From the NCBI GenBank assembly GCA_016839785.1, contig JAEOTQ010000144.1, positions 1 to 15,305 on the forward strand: DNA of 15,305 nucleotides. The letters are read 5' to 3'. This DNA comes from Candidatus Hodarchaeota archaeon (GTDB lineage Archaea; Asgardarchaeota; Heimdallarchaeia; Hodarchaeales; Hodarchaeaceae). Shown piece after piece: positions 1-6,576 of the stretch. Below the pieces are notes generated by a model. That model made no database searches and had not been told where the DNA came from. It worked only from the letters and a program-made list of their open reading frames with translations. How positions within the stretch are numbered: position 1 is the stretch's first letter; the number at the start of each line of letters is the position of its first letter. A program made the translations under genes and the position numbers.

Positions 1-873
1 AAATCCACAGGTGTCATAAGCAATCCAATCATTGATTTTCTCAACATAATATGTTTTAACAACCTGTGCTGTTCCAACAGATTCATACCATGTGAGTCCA
101 GCAGAAATTTCTCCCTGATCATCAAGAGAAAGAATTGTATCAATTGCAGTTATAACACCTAGTTTAAATACATCTCTCCGCACATTATGTGCAAACACAG
201 TGACATTCGTAAAAACTAAAGATTCTGTATTTGGGGGTGGACCCCGTAAGGTAACGGTAGGAACGACAAGTGATCCATTATTAGAAATCCTTCTTTGAAC
301 CTCTTCTCGGAAGACACCATACACTGTTTCAAAAAATGCAGGTGGTTCTAAATACATTTGAATTGCTGTTTTATCCTTATACGGATAATAATCCATCCGA
401 AAATAATTCCATTCCCACCATCCTCCTGAGTAGTGGGCTCTATACCACCAGTTAGAAACACTATTTATTGTATGTATGGTATGTGTATCAAGAGAAGCAT
501 TAAATGAATATACAAGATCGATTTTACTCATGGTATCCAAATAGACCAGAATATCAAATAATGAGAAAAATCCCGGATTGAAAAGATCGGATCTGATAGA
601 AGTAACATTCTTAGGATCAAAAGTGAAACTTCCAATAGAATCGATGGAAATTTGTCCTAGAAGACTAGGAGTAGTGTTACTATCCGGAGGCATGGTTAAT
701 AAAGTATTGTTGAAATCTTTTCCTTCAGGAGGAGGAATAGTTGTTGTTTCATCGTCATCGGGAGTATCATCAACTGGATCCGAGATCCATTGAAAGAGCA
801 ACGGAAGAGTAAAGGTAAGTATAACAGCAGCACTTAATCCTATCCAAATATATTTTCTATCAATCCAGCTCAT
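1..873 (-). CDS. Partial (3' end outside window) membrane-anchored surface protein with two tandem homologous domains, possibly DUF4430/transcobalamin-C-like beta-grasp
   Basis: Not in the ORF track. Manual translation is open from ATG at 873 to base 1: MSWIDRKYIWIGLSAAVILTFTLPLLFQWISDPVDDTPDDDETTTIPPPE...YYVEKINDWIAYDTCGF. It has an N-terminal hydrophobic helix, an acidic/Thr/Pro linker, six N-x-S/T sequons and a GAGG SD-like motif just upstream. Confidence 0.85.
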   Translation of the reverse strand, partial: MSWIDRKYIWIGLSAAVILTFTLPLLFQWISDPVDDTPDDDETTTIPPPEGKDFNNTLLTMPPDSNTTPSLLGQISIDSIGSFTFDPKNVTSIRSDLFNPGFFSLFDILVYLDTMSKIDLVYSFNASLDTHTIHTINSVSNWWYRAHYSGGWWEWNYFRMDYYPYKDKTAIQMYLEPPAFFETVYGVFREEVQRRISNNGSLVVPTVTLRGPPPNTESLVFTNVTVFAHNVRRDVFKLGVITAIDTILSLDDQGEISAGLTWYESVGTAQVVKTYYVEKINDWIAYDTCGF

Positions 874-914
874 TTTCTTGCCTCAAGAATAAAACTTCAG
901 TTTCGAGTATAATT

Positions 915-928
915 TTCTTTATATATGA
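915..928 (-). promoter_or_regulatory. Candidate TATA box for the leftward surface-protein gene
   Basis: Minus strand reads TATATAAAG about 45 nt upstream of the ATG at 873. Confidence 0.35.
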
Positions 929-1090
929 TATTCGCACTACGAATTTCACAGGATTTCCTGATTCTTTACACAGGAAGAGGAGAAAATGTGTCCTAGCATG
1001 ATTTGAACACAAACATATATGTATAGTAGATCTCACCATGAGTGTATCTTCTAGAAAAAAGATCTTACTTGATTTCAGGGTGACTCCTCA

Positions 1091-2536
1091 ATGGTAACCA
1101 CAAAAATTGTTGCAACTATCGGACCCGCAAGCGATAAAATTCTCGTTTTAAAAGAATTATTAAAGTATGTTGATGTATGTCGTCTTAATTTTAGTCATGG
1201 AGCATATCCTGACCACTTAGAACGATATGAACGAATTAGATCCGTTTCGTCGGATGTTGCAGTACTTGTTGATCTATGCGGCCCAAAAATCCGTACAGGA
1301 GATGTTGAAAAAGGGACATTTTTAGAAAATGGTAAAGAATTCCGGATTTCAGGGAAAATTGGTCTAGAAGGAAATTCAGAAGTGGTTTCTACAAATTATC
1401 CCCCTCTTATAAAAGATGCTAAAGTCGGTAATCACCTGGCAATTGACGATGGTCTCTTACAGTTCCGTGTAGTAAAAAAGGATGCCAAAAAGAATGAGTT
1501 AGTATGTGAGGTCTTAAATGGAGGAGAATTGAAATCACGAAAGGGGATAAATGCTCCTGATGTTCCATTGTCAATCTATTTTCCAACCCAAAAAGATTTG
1601 GATGATATTAGATTTGTAATTCGGAAATTTGACCCTCCTGCGGATTATCTAGCCGCTTCTTTTGTGAGAAGAAAAGAAGATATTCTTACAGTGAGAGAGA
1701 AGTTAGATGAGGCAAATTCATCTATAAATATAATAAGTAAAATAGAGAATCAAGATGGTCTCAAGAACTTTGATGAAATTTTGGAACATTCTGATGGGAT
1801 TATGGTTGCTCGTGGGGATCTAGGGATCGAGATACCAAGTGAAAAAGTCCCAATTGTTCAGAAAGAAATTATCGCGAAGTGTAATAAAGCATCCAAACCC
1901 GTTATTGTTGCCACTCAAATGTTAGAATCGATGACTATTAACCCGAGACCAACTAGAGCTGAGGTCTCCGATGTTTCAAACGCTATAATGGATGGTGCTG
2001 ATGCTGTAATGCTGAGTGGGGAAACTGCTGTAGGAAAATTTCCTGTTGAAACTGTTGGATATATGGAACGAATTATTAATGAAATAGGTGCAAATCTTCA
2101 CCTTATTTCAACAGAACCATCGTGGACTACTGATTCTCCAAATATCCCTGAAGTTCTAGGCAGAGCTGTTCATATGATAAGTGATGCCAGCTCACTGGGA
2201 ATTAACGCCATTGTGACAAGTACCCGATCTGGTTCAACCACCCGTATGATAGCGAAATGTCGTCCAGAGAAGAAAATCATCGCAGGTACTCCGTATGAAA
2301 CTGTAAAAAGACAATTACAGCTAGTATGGGGAGTTTATCCGTTATGTGTCAAAGTCACACCTTCTTATGATGAACTTCTATATGAGATTGTATTAGCAGC
2401 CACTGAAAAAGAAATGTTGGATCCTAAAGATATTATATTGGCTGTTGGAGGAAGTATGCTTGGATTTCCCAGCAAAACAAATCAACTCCAAATATTAAAT
2501 GTAGAGGATATACTATTATTTGGTCAGCAACTCTAA
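1091..2536 (+). CDS. pyk: Pyruvate kinase
   Basis: Motifs TKIVATIGPAS, RLNFSHG, DLCGPKIRTG, IISKIEN, MVARGDLGIE, ATQMLESM, PTRAE, DAVMLSGETA. GGTGA SD-like motif at about 1079-1083. Confidence 0.98.
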   Translation: MVTTKIVATIGPASDKILVLKELLKYVDVCRLNFSHGAYPDHLERYERIRSVSSDVAVLVDLCGPKIRTGDVEKGTFLENGKEFRISGKIGLEGNSEVVSTNYPPLIKDAKVGNHLAIDDGLLQFRVVKKDAKKNELVCEVLNGGELKSRKGINAPDVPLSIYFPTQKDLDDIRFVIRKFDPPADYLAASFVRRKEDILTVREKLDEANSSINIISKIENQDGLKNFDEILEHSDGIMVARGDLGIEIPSEKVPIVQKEIIAKCNKASKPVIVATQMLESMTINPRPTRAEVSDVSNAIMDGADAVMLSGETAVGKFPVETVGYMERIINEIGANLHLISTEPSWTTDSPNIPEVLGRAVHMISDASSLGINAIVTSTRSGSTTRMIAKCRPEKKIIAGTPYETVKRQLQLVWGVYPLCVKVTPSYDELLYEIVLAATEKEMLDPKDIILAVGGSMLGFPSKTNQLQILNVEDILLFGQQL

Positions 2537-2549
2537 TTTTTCCTTAGAG
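2531..2549 (+). terminator. Possible terminator after pyk
   Basis: The stop codon is followed by TTTTTCCTT. CTCTAA (2531-2536) and TTAGAG (2544-2549) form an inverted repeat around the T-run. Confidence 0.3.
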
Positions 2550-2632
2550 AATAATAAATATAGCAGAATGATTGATATTTGTTCTCACACTAATCCGTCT
2601 TCATTGTATAATATTGAAGGAGAATATATCCA

Positions 2633-4372
2633 ATGAGTAGTCCTACGTCCCCATCTGATGAAACCATAATTACTAAGATAAAGGCAAATCGATTAGACCA
2701 AATAATCCAGATTCTTGAAATTTCATTTATCTTTATGATTTGTTATTCAATCATCACACTAGTAGATGCGGCCTTTTTGGAATTGAACTTATATAATCCC
2801 TTGGGAGATTTCTTGGGGGATGAAGGTATTGGGAATTTAAATGGTGGACATTTTGAAGAAATTGTTCGAGTTACCCTGATTTTTAATCTTCTACTGTTTT
2901 CTGTAAGTCTAATATTCGGTCTGTGGATGCGACGTGCACGAGATGGATGGTCATTCAGCCAATTAGGATACACCTTAAAAACACCCAATTACTCTTTTGG
3001 TTCCCTTGTCCGACGTGGATTGCTTTTAGGTTTCATTGTAATTCTCGTATGGTATACTCTTGTCACTTTTGTACAATTTTTGCTGATTGGTGATTTACAA
3101 GAAGCTATTTTCATGCATCATTCTTTTCAAAGCAATGGGACTCTTCTTGATTCTCACCAGTTGCTAGCAGAATATTATTTTGGATTCATAGAGATGGGGT
3201 TCATTTGGCCATTATCTGCTGGGTTTTTCTTCTTCGCTTATGTTCATAATTCGTTGAAAGCACGGTTTCCTTTTGGGATAGCGAACCTTCTAGCCACATT
3301 TTTCTACGTTACTTACCTGGCCTTTTTCTTTATGATCCCGTCAAGAGGGAAGTTCGATTTCATTATTCCAGCCATTAAAGATCCAATGTTTTGGGCCATG
3401 CTCATGAGTTTTGCAGTGGTCCTCTATATCTCATTCAGTGCTTTTGCTGAAACAGGATCGGTGGTCCTACCATTTTTATTAAACTTTGTTTTGAATGTAG
3501 GTTTAACATTATTTAAATCAATAAATTCACTTCTTTTCAACTCAAGTCCAGAATTAGATTATTTTTGGATGATTATTCCATATCTAGTAGTATTGACAAT
3601 TATTGTGATATGGTATTTTCTAAAACGAGAGGATTTTTCGACATTACGTCTCGGATTAGGTCATATTCGTGAAATATTTACAAAAAAATCTCGAAATGAA
3701 GTTTCATTGCGCGCAGCACTAGGAATATTTGGTTTATTCTTTACTCTCTCATTTATAGTCCCTGGTTTTATCGAATACATTGTTTCGAAAAGAATTGGCC
3801 AACCAGATCTATTTTCTACGGAACTGGTAAGTCTAGTCTATGCTTTAACGTATGTGGTTATTATTGGGCTAGCAATTATTGTTCTTACGTATGAGCCAAC
3901 AGAAGTTTTCGATGTACTATTGGTAAAAATGCCTGATGGGATTCCAATTGCACAGAGGCTTAAGCTTTTCCAATCAGATGAAGTATTAATCTCGGGTTTT
4001 TTCACAGCGATTTCTAGTGTGTCAAAGGAATTGGATGAAGACGAAAAAGCTGATCTTCGATCAATTAAAAGGGGAGAGCGGGAAATCATTCTTGAAGATG
4101 GAGTATTCACCAGAATTATTGCTTTAGTAGATCGAGATCAAAATCGCATCCGTCAAATGATGCAGGATATGCTGCGTAAATTTGAATCTGCTAATTCCAC
4201 AGCCCTAGCAAATTGGATAGGTGATGTTAATGCGATTCCAGAGGCAAAAACTCTTGTAAAAGAGATGGGTAGACTTTCAATTCGGTTTGATATACCAAAT
4301 CAAACACGCCTGATAGGTGTACTGACAGTATTACTTACTCCCCTTATGATTACGCTTATCGGTTTTATCTAA
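2633..4372 (+). CDS. Polytopic membrane protein: degenerate CPBP/Abi-like N-terminal region, longin/roadblock-like domain and terminal TM helix
   Basis: About 10-11 hydrophobic segments precede a soluble stretch VFDVLLVKMPDGIPI...DEVLISGFFTAISSVSKEL...LRSIKRGEREIILE...KFE...LANWIGDV, which matches the pattern of Asgard longin-like domains. A final hydrophobic helix follows. AAGGAG SD-like motif upstream. Confidence 0.75.
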   Translation: MSSPTSPSDETIITKIKANRLDQIIQILEISFIFMICYSIITLVDAAFLELNLYNPLGDFLGDEGIGNLNGGHFEEIVRVTLIFNLLLFSVSLIFGLWMRRARDGWSFSQLGYTLKTPNYSFGSLVRRGLLLGFIVILVWYTLVTFVQFLLIGDLQEAIFMHHSFQSNGTLLDSHQLLAEYYFGFIEMGFIWPLSAGFFFFAYVHNSLKARFPFGIANLLATFFYVTYLAFFFMIPSRGKFDFIIPAIKDPMFWAMLMSFAVVLYISFSAFAETGSVVLPFLLNFVLNVGLTLFKSINSLLFNSSPELDYFWMIIPYLVVLTIIVIWYFLKREDFSTLRLGLGHIREIFTKKSRNEVSLRAALGIFGLFFTLSFIVPGFIEYIVSKRIGQPDLFSTELVSLVYALTYVVIIGLAIIVLTYEPTEVFDVLLVKMPDGIPIAQRLKLFQSDEVLISGFFTAISSVSKELDEDEKADLRSIKRGEREIILEDGVFTRIIALVDRDQNRIRQMMQDMLRKFESANSTALANWIGDVNAIPEAKTLVKEMGRLSIRFDIPNQTRLIGVLTVLLTPLMITLIGFI

Positions 4373-4373
4373 A

Positions 4374-4403
4374 GAGGAATAAAATGGAGGAAAATTCCTC
4401 CTA
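4374..4403. terminator. Hairpin between convergent genes, possibly a bidirectional terminator
   Basis: GGAGGA (4386-4391) pairs with TCCTCC (4396-4401) inside the 31-bp gap between two convergent stops. Confidence 0.4.
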
Positions 4404-5066
4404 TTATCGATTCAATATGCGAACCCATTCATAAACAGGTTCACATAACTTTTCTATTCGTTCTTTCTCTGCATTCATTGGTGAAGGTGACCATTCTGGA
4501 TCAGGTTCAAACCAAAAGTCGATAATATTCCCAACTCGGTCTTCTTCATTAGCAAATTTTACCACGACTGGCATATTGGTTTCAGTATGCCAAGGTTTGT
4601 CAATTTTTAGAATATTTGCGATAGCTGTTTTACTTTCCCCAACAAGAACATAGGCTAGGACGAATGGTAATTTCTTCAAGGCACTTTTTGCTGCAAAGCC
4701 ACAAATGGTAAAAGTATGAAGAATACCAGTCATGGGCATTTCTACCCAGTCAGTAATTTCTAATTTGCAATCAAGATTCCAACAGTTTACACGGGGAGGA
4801 AAAGTGACATCTCCACACTTTGGGCATTTCGTCCCCATTAGCTTCCCATTCATTAAACCCTTGGCATACGGACTCAAGGCTCCTAGACGAAAGGTGTACA
4901 GCATATCATAATAAATCTGTTGTTCTACCCAATCTGATCCATCCGCTGCTGATCCTGCACGGAAGTTTTGCCAGACCCATCCTTTTTCAGGTATTAATTT
5001 ACTTAGCTTTTTCCAGTCTTCCCAATCGAAGTCGTTATTATTTGGTGTTGGATGAAGTTTTGTCAT
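4404..5066 (-). CDS. Zn-ribbon/OB-fold protein (DUF35/ChsH2-C family), thiolase partner
   Basis: GKLMGTKCPKCGDVTFPPRVNC zinc ribbon, followed by an OB-fold pattern (WVEMPMTGILHTFT...LPFVLAYVLV...MPVVVKF). It starts 12 bp after the thiolase stop, with a GAGGTG SD overlapping that stop. Confidence 0.92.
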   Translation of the reverse strand: MTKLHPTPNNNDFDWEDWKKLSKLIPEKGWVWQNFRAGSAADGSDWVEQQIYYDMLYTFRLGALSPYAKGLMNGKLMGTKCPKCGDVTFPPRVNCWNLDCKLEITDWVEMPMTGILHTFTICGFAAKSALKKLPFVLAYVLVGESKTAIANILKIDKPWHTETNMPVVVKFANEEDRVGNIIDFWFEPDPEWSPSPMNAEKERIEKLCEPVYEWVRILNR

Positions 5067-5078
5067 TTCTTTTGCACC

Positions 5079-6347
5079 TCACACTCTCTTTAATATGAAA
5101 TTGCTAATAGAAGTCCCTGTACCAGCATGAGAATTCACTAGTCCAACTTCAGCATCCTTGACTTCATTATCAGTGCTTTTATGTTCTCGTGGGACTAATC
5201 CAGTGAGTTGATAATAGCACTCTATAGCAGACATAAGACCTGTTGCGCCAACAGGATGTCCATATCCTATTAATCCTCCACCGGGATTAGTAGGGATTTC
5301 TCCGTCCATCATGGGCATTTTATCCCGTATGAACTGTTTTGGGGTTGTAGATTCACACCAACCAAGTGCATTATAAATCTGAAATTCTGACGTACTAAAT
5401 GCATCATGGACCTCTGCAACATCGATTTGTTTATGCGAATCTTTCCAGTTTATTCCCGCCATTTTATAAGCCACTTCAGCTGAATGACGACACGCAGCAA
5501 ATTCCCCAAGCCCCGGATACCCCTCTCCATATCGCTCGGTCCAACCAGGAAATGCGTAGCGATCACCAGCTCGAATAGTGCATGAAGAGAGGCCAGCCCC
5601 TGTAATTTCGACATAATGATCAGGGGAATATTGTTTCGCGTATTTCTCATTGGTTACAAGAATAGTAGCAGCTCCTTCAGACATAAAACAACAATCCCAT
5701 TTCTTTAAAGGATAGGATATTAAGCGACTGCCCATTACATCATCGACTGTTAATTTTTTACCAACCTTACGATAATGCTGGGCTTTCTCACCTGTTGCTA
5801 TGGCGTTATTCTTATTTTTGACTGCAATCTCAGCAAAATCTTCTTCTGTTAGACCGTATTCTTCCATGAAAATACGTGCTAATCCAGCATAATAGTTAGT
5901 ATAGTTTGCTCCCAGCATAGCTTCATATCTGGTATCTGATGCGATAGCAATAAACTCAGATCCCTTACTCTGAGAAACAGATCCCATCAATTCATATCCG
6001 ATAACTGGGACAACATCAGCTAACCCTGCTCTAACTAGTGCATAGGCCGCATAAAGGGCGCTTCCCCCTGTATTACCTCCGTTGTCAATTCTGAAGTGGG
6101 GTACTCCAACTAAACCGAGGTGATCGTGTAGAATCCAGTAAGAAGTCAATTGATGAGCAAAATGGACACTAAAATGACTATAAACAACCATTCCATCCTC
6201 TCTCACATCCTTCAGATGAAAATTTGGAATATCATCATATAATTGACGAATTGTATTGGCAACAAGCTCCTCAATCTGTAGGTTTACTGGATAATCAAAA
6301 GGAGTGGTCGTACCTCCTGCAATGAATACTTGTTGTTGTTCAGGCAT
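5079..6347 (-). CDS. Thiolase-superfamily protein (SCP2-thiolase/Ltp-like) lacking the catalytic cysteines
   Basis: Motifs AEIAVKNKNNA, DCCFMSEGAA, DVAEVHDAFS, PTNPGGGLIGYGHPVGATG. The start is placed at ATG 6347 (MPEQQQVFIAGG) because an AGAGGA SD lies just upstream and the longer extension is AT-rich promoter-like sequence. Confidence 0.92.
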   Translation of the reverse strand: MPEQQQVFIAGGTTTPFDYPVNLQIEELVANTIRQLYDDIPNFHLKDVREDGMVVYSHFSVHFAHQLTSYWILHDHLGLVGVPHFRIDNGGNTGGSALYAAYALVRAGLADVVPVIGYELMGSVSQSKGSEFIAIASDTRYEAMLGANYTNYYAGLARIFMEEYGLTEEDFAEIAVKNKNNAIATGEKAQHYRKVGKKLTVDDVMGSRLISYPLKKWDCCFMSEGAATILVTNEKYAKQYSPDHYVEITGAGLSSCTIRAGDRYAFPGWTERYGEGYPGLGEFAACRHSAEVAYKMAGINWKDSHKQIDVAEVHDAFSTSEFQIYNALGWCESTTPKQFIRDKMPMMDGEIPTNPGGGLIGYGHPVGATGLMSAIECYYQLTGLVPREHKSTDNEVKDAEVGLVNSHAGTGTSISNFILKRV

Positions 6348-6365
6348 AGTTAATCCTCTATAATT

Positions 6366-6378
6366 CTCTTTATAATAC
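6366..6378 (-). promoter_or_regulatory. Candidate TATA box for the thiolase-DUF35 operon
   Basis: Minus strand reads TTATAAAAG about 25 nt upstream of ATG 6347. Confidence 0.35.
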
Positions 6379-6407
6379 CTCACAAAATTTCTTTTACGAG
6401 TTTTCAC

Positions 6408-6426
6408 AAGTAATTAGTAATTACTT
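6408..6426. promoter_or_regulatory. Inverted repeat, candidate transcription-factor operator in the divergent promoter region
   Basis: Perfect AAGTAATT-N3-AATTACTT between the divergent thiolase and glycerol kinase genes. Confidence 0.4.
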
Positions 6427-6576
6427 TCCATTCGCTGACAAAAATCATGATTGGTCGAAAACCACATTTTTACAAGTGACACTCCTTAAAAAAGCCTCCC
6501 TAAAGGTAATCACAGCTTAAAGTACTTCGTATCTCGTTCGTTGTAGGCTGAATTTTACAGACTAACACTTCTCTAG

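Noticed and set aside
578-793. 71-aa + strand ORF
   Set aside because: Antisense shadow of the longer 1..873 minus-strand CDS, which has a credible signal anchor and SD.
2743-4110. Minus-strand ORFs 2743..2988 and 3838..4110
   Set aside because: Fully antisense to the 579-aa membrane protein and carry no motifs.
4820-5650. ORFs 4820..5098 (+) and 5450..5650 (-)
   Set aside because: Antisense or out-of-frame within the DUF35 and thiolase genes.
4404-6347. Mevalonate-pathway acetoacetyl-CoA thiolase/DUF35/HMG-CoA synthase triad
   Set aside because: No HMG-CoA synthase is adjacent and the thiolase lacks the catalytic Cys.
6348-6407. 20-aa N-terminal extension of the thiolase in the ORF track
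   Set aside because: Covers the SD and TATA-like sequence of the ATG at 6347.
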